NCBI GenBank assembly: GCA_951406725.2
Contig: OX597831.1
Coordinates: 5,208,001 to 5,272,000 of the forward strand
Source: Octopus vulgaris
Lineage: Eukaryota
Direction: 5' to 3'
DNA: 64,000 nucleotides
Shown here: piece after piece, positions 1 to 13,270 of the stretch
Layout of the letters: the number at the start of each line of letters is the position of its first letter
Position numbering within the stretch: the stretch's first letter is position 1
Notes under the pieces: generated by a model
The model's input: only the letters and a program-made list of their open reading frames with translations
Database searches by the model: none
Told to the model about the DNA's origin: nothing
Translations under genes and position numbers: made by a program

Positions 1-140
1 TGGACGCTCAGGAAAGAAGGAAAGAAGGAGGGTTTAACGTTTCGAGCGGAGCTCTTCGTCGGAAACATAGGACAAGGAAAGATCCAGGGAAGGAAAGACA
101 GAGGAAAAAAAATCGCCAACGGTACACACGAGGTCACATT
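1..140 (-). mobile_element. Short Penelope/retrozyme-like repeat (family H1) with minimal hammerhead motif at 31-66
   Basis: Minus strand reads GTTT-CCGACGA-A-GAGC-tcc-GCTC-GAAA-CG-TT-AAAC; same family at 7925-8060, 8340-8530 and 12750-12950. Confidence 0.7.
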
Positions 141-873
141 ATATATATATATATATATATACATACATACATACCTACGGATATCCAAAAATAAATGCAC
201 ATATATGCTTATACTCACACAGTGTGTCTGTGTATGTCGATATACTGTTTTTTTTCATGCAGTATATAGCTTGATTATATTTTCAAATGCCAGTTCGTAT
301 TAGCTGTGCTTGCGAATGTGTGTATGTATGCATGTATGTGTCTGTGGTTGTGTGTGAAGTATTTGTGAAGGAACAGGAGGAGGAGGAAGAGGAGAAGGTA
401 GGATGGTTTTAAAAGAATTGAGCGGGAAATTGATCGTTATTAATTGTATTGTCAACCGACGCTGACAGCGCGCGCCGTCACCTCTACCACCACAACCACC
501 ACCACGGCAACTACCAACGTACCATCATCTTCACAGTTATAAACATTTCCACCACCACCATCACCACCACCATCATCATCAACATCATCATCATCAACAG
601 CAACAATAAAAGGCCTAGTTCTGGAGATTTCATACATTTTGCTCAAAACAATATCTACATACCACACACATATACACAAGCATACATACATATACATGAC
701 ATAAATGTACACAAATACACCCACCTAGACACTCACACACATGTATATATGGCTGTCACGTGTTAGGTAACAAGGATTAGGCTTTGGAATTTCCATCGTT
801 TATTTCCAATTTCTTTATTAATCGTAATAATTCATTAACGCAATCTAAATCAATTTGTGTTTAATTGCTGTAT

Positions 874-1260
874 GGAGGCGCAATGGCCCAGTGGTTAGGG
901 CAGGGGACTCGCGGTCGTAGGATCGCGGTTTCGATTCCCAGACCGGGCGTTGTGAGTGTTTATTGAGCGAAAACACCTAAAGCTCCACGAGGCTCCGGCA
1001 GGGATGGTGGTGATCCCTGCTGTACTCTTTCACCACAACTTTCTCTCACTCTTACTTCCTGTTTCTGTTGTGCCTGTATTTCAAAGGGCCGGCCTTGTCA
1101 CTCTCTGTGTCACACTGAATATCCCCGAGAACTACGTTAAGGGTACACGTGTCTGTGGAGTGCTCAGCCACTTACACGTTAATTTCACGAGCAGGCTGTT
1201 CCGTTGATCGGATCAACCGGAACCCTCGTCATCGGAACCGGCAGAGTGCTTCCCAAAACA
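874..1260 (+). mobile_element. tRNA-derived SINE family A (probably octopus OR1-type), full length
   Basis: A box TGGCCCAGTGG, B box GGTTTCGATTCC, 11-bp TSD AATTGCTGTAT (863-873 / 1261-1271); near-identical copies elsewhere in the window. Confidence 0.9.
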
Positions 1261-1306
1261 AATTGCTGTATAAAAAGTTTTTCCGAAGATGTGTGTGTAT
1301 TTATTT

Positions 1307-1357
<51 letters not shown>

Positions 1358-1387
1358 TACGTGTGTGTATGCGTGTGTGTGTGTCTG

Positions 1388-1541
1388 TGTGGCTGTGAGG
1401 TAAGTCGCTTGCTTACCAGCCACAGGTTCCTGGGTTCAGTCCCACCGCGTGGCACTTTGGGCAAGTGTCTTCTACTATAGCCTCGGGCACACCAAAGCCT
1501 TTTGAGTGGATTTGATAGACGGAAACTGAAAAAAGCCCGTC

Positions 1542-1619
<78 letters not shown>

Positions 1620-1855
1620 ATGGATGGATGTGTAAATGTTTGTGTCTGTGTTTCCCGCCCCACCAACATCGCTTGGCAACCATTGATGGTGTGTTTACGT
1701 CCCCGTAATCAAGTGGTTCGGCAAAAAAAAAAACCGATAGAATAAATACCAGGCTTACAAAGAATAACTCCTGGGGTCCATTTGCTCGACTACATGCGGT
1801 GCTCCAGCATGGCCGCAGTCAAATGAGAGAGACCAGTAATAGAATAAATGAGTAA
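1388..1855 (+). mobile_element. SINE family C (tRNA head, CORE-like block, internal TA/TG microsatellite; possibly octopus OK-type)
   Basis: GTGGCTGTG.GGTAAG...GGGTTCAGTCCC head, TTGGGCAAGTGTCTT block, 3' GCTCCAGCATGGCCGCAGTCAAATGA; roughly 20 full or partial copies in the window. Confidence 0.85.
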
Positions 1856-2091
1856 AACAATATATATATATATATATAGGTAAATATCAGACAATGAGAT
1901 TGCGTGCTCACAGTGGAGAAAGACAGTTTTCTTCGAAATTTCGACAAGATAAGCCATCGTCGATCAGCCGATCATGGCTTCACTCACCGAAACTTCGAAG
2001 TCACTGTCAATAATATTTTTGTTTAAGAATAATAAATTTGTGCTCTGCATAAGTATTGAGTAACCTACCAGAATAATGTAAATTGTTTTGT

Positions 2092-2099
2092 CATTATTA

Positions 2100-2166
<67 letters not shown>
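2092..2166. repeat. (ATT)n microsatellite
   Basis: Directly visible. Confidence 0.95.
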
Positions 2167-2169
<3 letters not shown>

Positions 2170-2170
2170 T

Positions 2171-2330
2171 AAGGCGGCGAGCTGGTAGAATCATTAAGGT
2201 GCTGGATGAAATGCTCAGCGGTATTTCGCCTGTCGCTATGTTCTGAGTTCAAATTCCGCCGAGGTCAATTTTTGCCTTTCATCCTTTCATCCAAGTACTG
2301 GGGTCGATGTAATCGACCAACCCCCATCCC
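2171..2330 (+). mobile_element. SINE family D (tRNA-like head, Nin/Deu-like central block), truncated by a LINE
   Basis: GGCGGCGAGCTGG...GAGTTCAAATTCCGCCGAGGTC...GCCTTTCATCCTTT; many copies. Confidence 0.8.
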
Positions 2331-3415
2331 TCAGACGGTGAACAGGTGTGGTCGTCTTTTGTCAGACGCGATTTTCCGCAGCTCGTCTCTTTGACGGAGC
2401 TGCAGACCTGGATCAAACGTAGACCGAGAAAGGGCGCTTGGCACCTCGAGTGCCGTCAAGCCCTCTCCGCCCTCCGTCAGGCGGGCAATGCGATCGGTTA
2501 CAGCTCCACTCTAGCGTTCTATAGAGGGTTAGTGGAGGAAAAATGCGACGACGTTCTTGGGGAAACTCTAGGCGTTGAAGATGACGAACTGTGCGGTCTG
2601 TTCGGGAGGACTTTCGGGCCGTGGCCGATGGATAATTTCCAGAGGTCTCTCGCCTGGCAGTGCTACCGAGGGGCTCTGCCTGTTCGAGATAAACTCTACC
2701 GGCACGGAAGTGCCGTCAGCCGGGCCTGCCCGAGGTGTTGCCAGGACGACGAAACCGTTCTGCACGCACTCGTTCAGTGCCCGAGTATTGCTGAAATATG
2801 GGTTTATGTCGAACAGCTACTGTCACGTGTAGGACGGATCCGACTATCGGCCGAATCCATTGTGAAGATTGCCCCACCGACCTCCTTTAACAAGGAGGGC
2901 GAGGCCGTTTTCTTGTGCCTAGTGGCTGTGGCGAAAGAGGTGGTGTGGTGGACTCGTTTGAAAGGGCTAAAGTCAGACACTTTCCTCTTTGGTCAAGGCC
3001 TCATCAACTTTTTCAAGTTTCACTTGAAAAGGAAGATGAGGTTAGAGAGGAAAGTGCTGTCCGATAGCAAGTTTTATGAAGGGTGGGTTAATTGTGCGAG
3101 ACTGGCCAGTATAAATGGACCAGTTCTCAGGTTTCGCCTGTAATTTCAAAAGGGTAATGTAAAAGGAGAAAAAAGGGGACTCTCTACACCCCTTTTTGAC
3201 CAGGCTCCCGTTGGCTTTTGTAGGGTTTTTCCACCAGGAACCTTTCGAAACGTCTCCCCCTTTTGGGAGTTTTTCATTGTTGAATTTTTTAAATTGTTAT
3301 AAAGATTTTTACTCGATGTTTTTCATAAACGGCAAAACCCTTTGTAACCTTTCGTCCTGTTTTGTCCCTTTATGTAATCATGCGTGTCAGCCCTTGTGGC
3401 CAATAAAAAAGAATT
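2331..3415 (+). mobile_element. 5'-truncated Tx1/L1-clade LINE: ORF2 C-terminus (zf-RVT) open to stop at 3143, plus 3' UTR
   Basis: LAWQCYRGALPVRDKL...CPRCCQDDETVLHALVQCP zinc knuckle; homologous to 40270-41060; ends AATAAAAAAG before (ATT)n. Confidence 0.9.
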
Positions 3416-3449
3416 GATTATTATTATTATTATTATCATTAACGTTAAT

Positions 3450-3892
3450 AAGGCGACGAGCTGGCGGAATAGTTAGCGCGTTGGATGAAATACTTATCGG
3501 TATTTCGTACGTCGGTACGTTCTGAGTTCAAATTCTGCTGGTTGATTTTTGCTTTTATTCTTCCGGAATACTGGGGTCGATGTAATCGACTCATTCCCTT
3601 CCCCCCAATATTGTTACCCTTGTGGCAAAATTTGAAAACATTATTATTATCAAGGAGGCGAGGTGACAGCATCGTTATCATGCCGGGAGAGAAATGCTTA
3701 GCGGTAGTTAGTCTGTCGCTACGTTCTGAGTTCAAATTCCGCCGAGGTTGACTTTGCCTATCATCCTTTTGGGGTCGATAAATCAAGTACCAGTTACACA
3801 CTGGGGTCGATGTAATCGCCTTACCCCCCCTCCCCATCACCACCACCACCACAACCACCGCCCAAAATTACTGGCTTTGTGTTAAAATTTGA
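3450..3892 (+). mobile_element. Two tandem SINE family D copies (about 3450-3635 and 3652-3892)
   Basis: Repeated GTTCTGAGTTCAAATTC and CTGGGGTCGATGTAATCG blocks. Confidence 0.8.
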
Positions 3893-3926
3893 ACGTATTA
3901 AAAATGAGCGTACAAAGCAAATAATA

Positions 3927-3986
<60 letters not shown>

Positions 3987-4003
3987 GTGTGTGTGTGTGT
4001 GTA

Positions 4004-4600
4004 CACAGACTTGACAGAAGTAAATAGAAACACCATAAAACATTGCTTTATGTTCATTCTAACTTGTAAAGTTTTGTATTTTTTTATCAATTGACATTTT
4101 TATGTTTCACGTTCTAAATGTGACTGTTTAATCATGCCACATACAAAAGGAGCCTTGGAATTGTCTGAATTTCGAAGAAGCCATATTGTGGGTCAATCTG
4201 AAGGTGGACTTAAGTCAACGTAAAATCGCAGCAAACCTTGGGATCCAGCTTTCTACAGTTAATAGAGTGATTGTGCAATGCACCACAGAAGGGAAAGAGT
4301 CCACGTCATCTCGCCCAGATCAACCAGGGCCCTCTTACAGGACCCTTCTCTTTGTTAAGAGAAGTGTGGAAGATAATCGCCGTCACATATCTGGCATAGG
4401 CCCAGAACAGCTGTCAGGTGTCTTCACAAACTTGTCTACTATGGCAGAGCAGCGAGAAAGAAGACACTTCTTCGACCAACCAACATCAAGCGGAGAAAAT
4501 ATTGTATCAGTGAAATGGTGGAGAGGCCACAAACATTTTGGGACACTCTCTTATTCTCTGATGAGTTCAGATTTGCTCTATTTCCTGACAACTGGACCCC
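4004..4600 (+). mobile_element. Tc1-family DNA transposon remnant (left end plus decayed transposase)
   Basis: TA|CAC start; from ATG 4134 ELSEFRRSHIVG..GLSQRKIAANLGIQLSTVNRVI (HTH); shifted frame gives RAARKKTLL and FWDTLLFSDEFRF (first catalytic D). Confidence 0.85.
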
Positions 4601-5061
4601 CTGCCCCAAAAATGTCAAGCCTTGTGTCTAGACTAGAAAAGGAGTACATGAGATTCTGTATTCAAATCCACTAAAATTGTTGTTTCGACTCACTCGGTAC
4701 CTGTACTTTTATAGTTGAGATGCTGTGCAAGCCATTGCAGGTACAAGCCATTGCATATATTCAGTTAACTTTTTAAACGAGCACCTCGTTCTTTCTCCAC
4801 GTAATCTGATTTAGCCCAATAACAATATATATCTAGGTGGGTGTTGTATTCTAGCAATTTTCTTGTTCCAGTCATTAGACAGCAACCATGCAGGGACACA
4901 GTCACCAGGAATTTTAGTCGAATAAATCTGCCCTAGTGCTTATTTTTCTTGAGCCAGGTAACTTTCCTACCTGTTACTTTTGCTACCTTACAGGGACATA
5001 AACACTAACAACGGTTGTCAAACACAGACACAGTGACACACACACGCACACACGCACATGC

Positions 5062-5194
<133 letters not shown>

Positions 5195-5344
5195 ACCGAA
5201 TGACCGATAGAATAAGTACTACGCTTACAAAGAATAAGTCCTGAGGTCGATTTGTTCGACTAAAGACGTTGCTCCTGCATGGCCGCACTCAAATGGCTGA
5301 AACAAGTAACAAATTAAAAAATTAAAGAATAAAAGAATATTATA

Positions 5345-5460
5345 TATATATATAACGAGAAGCTATATAAAATAGACAAAAGACGAAGGCAGGTGGGAAA
5401 CAAACAAACGATTGTATTAGTATGGCGCTCAGGAAATATAAATAAAACAAGTCTTTAACG
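5345..5460 (-). mobile_element. 3' part of H1-related repeat (same as 24640-24850), broken within the HHR stem III/cleavage region
   Basis: Minus strand CGTTAAAGACTTGTTTTATT...CCTGAGCGCCATACTAATACAAT matches 24745-24850. Confidence 0.7.
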
Positions 5461-5486
5461 TGTATATATATATATACACACACACA

Positions 5487-5538
<52 letters not shown>

Positions 5539-5802
5539 CCGCGCCGCCTGTCCCGAATCGCGCGGCGAGACGTAGCAGAGCCCGACAGCGGCAGCAGCAG
5601 CAGAAGAGTAACGGTGAGGTCGCACGCGCGCAGATGACGACGAACGAACGAACGAAACGCACAGACGCCCACCCGCTCTGTTCGTGTCCGCCGCTCGATC
5701 CCTCATCTCGTACGCATCCTCGCCCTTCCATCCCCGAAGACCGCCCGCCGCCCTCGCAATCGTCGCTTCCTATCCGTGGCCGCCGTCGGTCGGCGTTCGC
5801 TC

Positions 5803-6237
<435 letters not shown>

Positions 6238-6455
6238 TCACTGATATATATACACTGATGATGATAATGCATATATATAAATATATTCTACACTCACGGA
6301 GTGGTTGGCGTTAGGAAGGGCATCCAGCTGTAGAAACACTGCCAGATAAGACTGGAGCCTGGTGCAGCCTTCTGGTTTCCCAGATCCCCGGTCGAACCGT
6401 CCAACCCATGCTAGCATGGAAAGCGGACGTTAAACGATGATGATGATGATTATAA

Positions 6456-6494
<39 letters not shown>

Positions 6495-7263
6495 GCCTTT
6501 GGTATGTTGATTTGGTGGAAGCTCATTACATAATTTTGATTTGAAAGTGGGAAAATATGGAAAAGTATAACCATATGTTTATATTACACACGCGTACACA
6601 CAAACACACACACACATACATATAAAAGGCGACTACTAATAACAAGAAATTTACCGTAAAGAACGTATCTTACAAGGAATACGGAATGAAATACAGAACA
6701 TAACAGCAACAACAACAACAATAAAAATTAGGAAATAAAACCCGCTGAAAGAAAATCAAGAATTTTTAGTAAATCCTTTCAATTGATTTATAGGCACAGA
6801 ATTACATGTAAAAGTTTTGCATTTTGAAAAATCGTAAAAATTCATATGAAAAAAAAATTATTAAAAAAAAAATTTGTATAAATGCGAACAAAAATGTGTC
6901 GTAGAATCAAAGAAAGGGAATAAAGTCCGTCGTTTCGTTTCGTTACGTTTTTGAAACCGTGACTAATATGTATAATTCGGATAAGTTTTTATGCCGGCAA
7001 ACATCAAACAAGAATTTGAAGCCCTTCGCTACGCAATATATAATGTTCATTAACCTGCTAAATCATTCTAATCACAGACACGATAAATAAACAAATAAGA
7101 AAACAATATATATACACACACATACGTATATATTATATATAAGTGTATACATATGTGTGTGCGTGCGTGTCTGTGTATATGTATGTATATATCTGTTAAT
7201 GTGTGAGAACGCATGTATGTATTTATTTTCCTATACAAATACAAATTTGTATGTGCGTATGTG

Positions 7264-7822
<559 letters not shown>

Positions 7823-7924
7823 ACATATATACATTCATAATACATACATACATACATACATACATACATTCATAATACATACATACATACATACATACAT
7901 ACATACATACATACATACAATGAA

Positions 7925-8530
<606 letters not shown>

Positions 8531-8563
8531 TATACGTATATATATATAAACATATATATATAT

Positions 8564-9130
8564 ATTAATAGTTATCGCCATACTTATATGGCAGTCTTAT
8601 AAATATAAGACTAAAGCTGTCGCTGTTAGCTCCAAGAGGCCACCGCCTCAAGCTAGCTATTTGACACACAATCTGCGTCCATTATAAACCTTCGAACAAG
8701 GGAGGTCAGCCGCTTCATCCTGCCAGTCAGACAGCTGCAGACATGTTTCAGGGTATTTGCCCTTTATCAATGCAGCGTAGTCAGACACAGCAGGTGTCGC
8801 TACTGACTGTCCCTGTTCAAAGAATCTATTTCCCTAGTTTCAGTGGAATACATCCACGTGTTTTCAATAATAGAAATATTAAAATTACTAAGTCTCTCTA
8901 AAGGAGATTACGGCAGCATTACTGGAAATTAATAGTTATCGGCTGACCTCCCCTGTTCGAAGGTTTATAATGGACGCAGATTGTGTGTCAAATAGCTAGC
9001 TTGAGGTGGTGGCCTCTTGGAGCTAATCAGCGACAGCTTTAGTCTTATATTTATAAGACTGCCATATAAGTATGGCGATAACTATTAATTTCCAGTAACG
9101 CTGCCGTAATCTCCTTTAGAGAGATTTTAG
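8564..9130. mobile_element. Penelope pLTR/retrozyme-like element: 364-bp unit plus inverted partial copy; decayed minimal HHR at 8734-8776 (-)
   Basis: ATTAATAGTTATCG at 8564 and 8928; 8940-9130 is the reverse complement of 8888-8927 joined to 8564-8712; GCTGCA-TTGATAA-AGGGcaaataCCCT-GAAA-CATG-TC-TGCAGC. Confidence 0.75.
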
Positions 9131-9929
9131 AGAGACGTAGTTTGTTACCACACAGCCACACCTGCCCCTATGTGTGTGTGTGTGTGCGTATTGTATGGGT
9201 AGATATATTATGCATGTATATATGTGTATATATATGTGTACATATTATATGTACATCTATATATAGACATCTACACATAAAATACAAAATACAAAGTTAT
9301 ATCTTGATATCGCTTAGTGATAACAATACTCAAAATATATAACAGACTGGAATTGTAGGCCCGTCTCTTGCAATTTCGATTAATTGGATCTTGTCCTCCC
9401 TCTTGTATACAAGTGTACGGCTGCAGCGAAATTCATTTTTGAACTTTCTTCTATCGAAGGCATTTTAACAAAAATGCTTCTGTAAAAACGGTGAAAATAT
9501 TGTCAATTTCCCCAAACAGGGACACAATTCAATTTTTAAACAATAACCAAAGACCCTTCTCTGAAAGGGGGAGGGTTACGGTTTACAATTGTTTAACAAA
9601 TGCAACATAACAACGTTTCCCTGACGAGGAACCAACAAACGTGATTACAATAGTCAAACAGTAATAATAATAACAACAATCCTTTTTAATGTATCCCCAT
9701 TTATGTTAAACCACTTATTCAAGTTCAAGTCATTGATGCAATTTTATATGAATTGCTAATACACACACACATAATAAGGGTGAAAAATTGAATATTAATT
9801 TGATTAATTTGAATTGAAAACCAGTGGTGTAGCATATAAAACCATAGCGGATCTTCTTCTAGCAAAAAGGATGACCACTATTAATGGTTCATCCCTGTTA
9901 TATAATACTTTCATTTTAATAGTTTCAGT

Positions 9930-10180
9930 ATTAAAATGAAAGTGTCTGCATTACAATAGAGATGTTTTTGTTTCACTTTTAACACGTAATACTGAAACAG
10001 TGGAGAAGATATGATATTGCTGTGGGGTCACCCTAGGGAAAAAGTTAACATTTTTTTTCCGATGACACTCCCCGGACCTTAAGTAAGGCATGTGTAAAAT
10101 TTGAATGAAATTGGTTGTGTAGTTCTCAAGTTTTAGGGAAACACACAGACAGACAGACACACATTCTCAGTTTTATATAT
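9930..10180 (-). mobile_element. Non-autonomous Helitron-like element, 5' portion
   Basis: Minus strand TATATAAAA...GTCTGTCTGT...CCAATTTCATTCAAATTTT, same layout as 14639-15018. Confidence 0.5.
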
Positions 10181-10546
10181 ATATATATATATACATACAA
10201 CCATACATACACAAGCGTTTACGTCCATATATAAAACAAAAATGTTGGTCGCAGTTATGAATTAGTTGTCAACGAGGCTGTCGTCCTTCTAAGAGTTTAC
10301 AGAATTAAATCCCATAAATTATAAAGAGTCAAATCTATCATCGGATTTCAAGTGAGACTTACACCCTCTTGCTACAACACACTTGGATAACATACACACA
10401 CGCACACACAAACACGCACGCACACACCCACACATACATGCATTTACATATATATATACATACATACATTCATATATGCACATATATATGTGAATATATA
10501 TATATAAAATTATATATGTATGTATAATTATATATGTATATGTATG

Positions 10547-10609
<63 letters not shown>

Positions 10610-10611
<2 letters not shown>

Positions 10612-10805
10612 TCTTTTATTCTTTTACTTGTTTCAGTCACTGACTGCGGCCATGCTGGAGCACCGCCTTTAGTCGAACAAATCAACCACAAAACTTATTC
10701 TTTGTGAGCCTATAACTTATTCTATCGGTCTGTTTTGCCGAACTGTCAAGTTACGGGGACGTAGACACCCCAACATCGATTGTCAAGCGATGGTGGGTGG
10801 GGGTT
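10610..10805 (-). mobile_element. SINE family C 3' half (a 5' half lies at 11930-12135, beyond the RTE insertion)
   Basis: Family match. Confidence 0.75.
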
Positions 10806-10811
10806 AAACTT

Positions 10812-11768
10812 GATCTTAGGTCCTCCTGTGCCGCGTGGCGCAGTGGGCGTCAAGTCTTCTCCAGCGTGATCGGTCGGCGCGGCGATTTTAGCTTCGTCAA
10901 CAGCTTTGAGATCATCGATGAAGGTGCGGCACCAAGTCGCTTTTGTTGGCCCTTGTTTTCCCTTGCCAAGCGGCACTCAATGACAATGTCATCAAGTGGA
11001 CGGATATCAGTTCAGTGATGTATTTCGTTGTTGGCGATGTGGTCCTCGTATGATATTAGCAGGAATCGCCGGAGGCACCGTAGCTGAAATACATTGAGCC
11101 TTCTTCGCACGACCTTTGCCGATGTCTTCAACGTTTCTGCTGCGTTTATTGCCGATGGTATGACGATGCTGTTGAAGAGTTGCTCTTTGGTCATGGTGGA
11201 GATCGCTCTGCCTGCCCAGATGCGTTTGAGTCTTTGAAAGACAGCCGAGGTCTTCCCAATCCGGCAGACAACGTCGCGTTCGGCGTCTTCGTCGTTAGCC
11301 ACGACTCTGTCCAAATAGGTGAACTCATCAACTTCCTCGATTTGGTGTTGTCCTATCATCAAGGGGACGCCATTGTTGTTCCCATCGACATATCCAGTCC
11401 TCATGATCTTCGTCTTGTTTTCACTCATGCAGTATCCGATCTTGGCCGCCTCCCGTTCCGATTTCTCTGTCATTGTGCGATATCATCCGAGGAATGCGAT
11501 ATCATCGGTGAAGTCGAGGTCAGTCAGGCTCCCCGACCCACACCACGGAATCGCAAATGAGCGTTGAACGCATCGCCCCAAGCATGACGAAGTTGATCGC
11601 CATAAGAAATAGAAGAGAGGATAGAATGCACCCTTGCGGCACACCAGTCTCAATGGCAAAGTAGTCGGTGTAGCTCGTCTCCGTTCGAACACAGCGCCTT
11701 GACTCGCGGTAAAGGCTCCGAAAGGTGTCGACGAAACGTTCGGGAATGCCGAACTCACGAGCGATGCA
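10812..11768 (-). mobile_element. RTE-clade LINE, 5'-truncated RT and C-terminus (pseudogene)
   Basis: FGIPERFV..FAIETGVPQGCILS, DLDFTDDIAFL (YADD equivalent), IEEVDEFTYL, RIGKTSAVFQRL, GKGKQGPTKATW. Confidence 0.9.
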
Positions 11769-12420
11769 CCCGAACGGATGAAAAGCAATGTCGACCTGGG
11801 TAGAATTTGAACTCAGAACATGGAGTTATGTTTAGTTATGATAAATCAATTTTACACTAATCCGGTGGCCGAAAATTCGAAGTCATTATCTTTTCTACCC
11901 TAAGCACAAGTCCCCCCCCCCCAATTTTGTGAAGCGGTGATGGTAGCGACAAGCACAGACATAAACGCGCACACATAAATATATATATATATATGACGGG
12001 CTTCTTTCAGTTTCCGTTAACCAAATCCACTCTGGTCGGCACGAGGCTATAGTAGAAGACGCTCGCCCAAGGTGCCACGCAGTGGGACTGAACCCAGAAC
12101 CTTGTGGCTGGGAAGCAAGCTTCTTACCCACAAAGCGTGTTAATGTTTGTTTTTGTTTATGTTAATGTTTATGTTTAATTATGTTAATTATTATATTTTC
12201 TATTATAAGTGCAAGGCCTGAAATTTGGCGGGGTGGGGAACTGCTGACTTACACTGTTTCATTGGTACATATTTTACCCGAACGGATGAAAAGCAATGTC
12301 GACCTGGGTAGAATTTGAACTCAGAACATGGAGTTATGTTTAGTTATGATAAATCAATTTTACGCTAATCCGATGGCCGAAAATTCGAAGTCATTATCTT
12401 TTCTACTCTAGGCACAAGGC
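11768..12420. repeat. About 145-bp near-identical direct duplication (11768-11912 / 12276-12420)
   Basis: ACCCGAACGGATGAAAAGCAATG...GTCATTATCTTTTCTAC occurs twice. Confidence 0.9.
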
Positions 12421-12439
12421 CCCGCCCCCCGTTTTTTTC

Positions 12440-12722
12440 TTTGGTGGGTGGGGGGGGCAGTCTATTAGATCGACCCCCGTACACAATTGGTGCTAAATTT
12501 ATCGACCCCGATGGGATAAAAGGCAAAGTCGACCTGGGCGGAATTTGAACTCAGATCGTAAAGACAGACGAAATACCTATTTCTTTACTACCCACAAGGG
12601 GCTAAACATAGACGGGACAAACAAGGACAGACAAACGGATTAAGTCGTTTATATCGACTCCAGTGCGTAACTGGTACTTAATTTATCGACCCCGAAAGGA
12701 TGAAAGGCAAAGTCGACCTCGG
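12440..12722 (-). mobile_element. Nested SINE family D copies, including a tailed copy at 12577-12722
   Basis: Family match; junction CAGACGAAATAC|CTATTTC. Confidence 0.75.
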
Positions 12723-12749
12723 ATTCGGGTATATACATATATATATGAC

Positions 12750-12950
12750 CTCGTGTGTACCGTTGGCGATTTTTTCCTCTGTCTTCCCTTCTCTGGATCT
12801 TTCCTTCTCCTATGTTTCTGACGAAGAGCTCCGCTCGAAACGTTAAAACCTCCTTCTTTCCTTCTTTCCTGAGCGTCCAATAATACTATATTTGTTCCAC
12901 GTCCTCGCGTTGTGTTTTTTTTGTGCTTTCTTGTTTGGATTAACTTTATA
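12750..12950 (+). mobile_element. H1 repeat with intact-core minimal hammerhead at 12814-12849
   Basis: GTTT-CTGACGA-A-GAGCtccGCTC-GAAA-CGTTA-AAAC. Confidence 0.75.
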
Positions 12951-13059
12951 TATATATATTACTTTTTTACTCTTTTACTTGTTTCAGTCATTTAACTGCG
13001 TCCATGCTGGAACACCGTGTCTTTTGCCGAACCGCTAAGTTACGTGGTCGGCTTTGTTC

Positions 13060-13270
13060 GAAATATATTGTAACTCTACTACACTTGCCTCTTATATACA
13101 TGGTTTAAAGAGGAATAATGAAAGTTATTGTCTTGAATGGTCTGTTATATTCACAAGTTTAAGTTATGTGTAATGGAATCCCTTGCCATCCTTGAGTCTT
13201 TCGGGCCTAAATCTTTAAATAAATTTACTGAGGTGATCCCTTTTTGCAACCGTAAGTTTTCTTCTACTTT
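13060..13270 (+). pseudogene. Penelope-like element GIY-YIG endonuclease C-terminal fragment
   Basis: NSTTLASYIHGLKRNNESYCLEWSVI then, after a frameshift, KLCVMESLAIL...LNKFTEVIPFCNRKF; resembles the ST.LS.YI..LK..W..C.LC..E..I..LN..E..C pattern of PLE endonucleases. Confidence 0.7.

Noticed and set aside
1960-2010. Hammerhead at GAAA-CTTCGAAG-TC-ACTGTC (similar at 11871, 12379 and 22411)
   Set aside because: Stem III and the GUC look right but no intact CUGANGA strand is present; at most a decayed relic.
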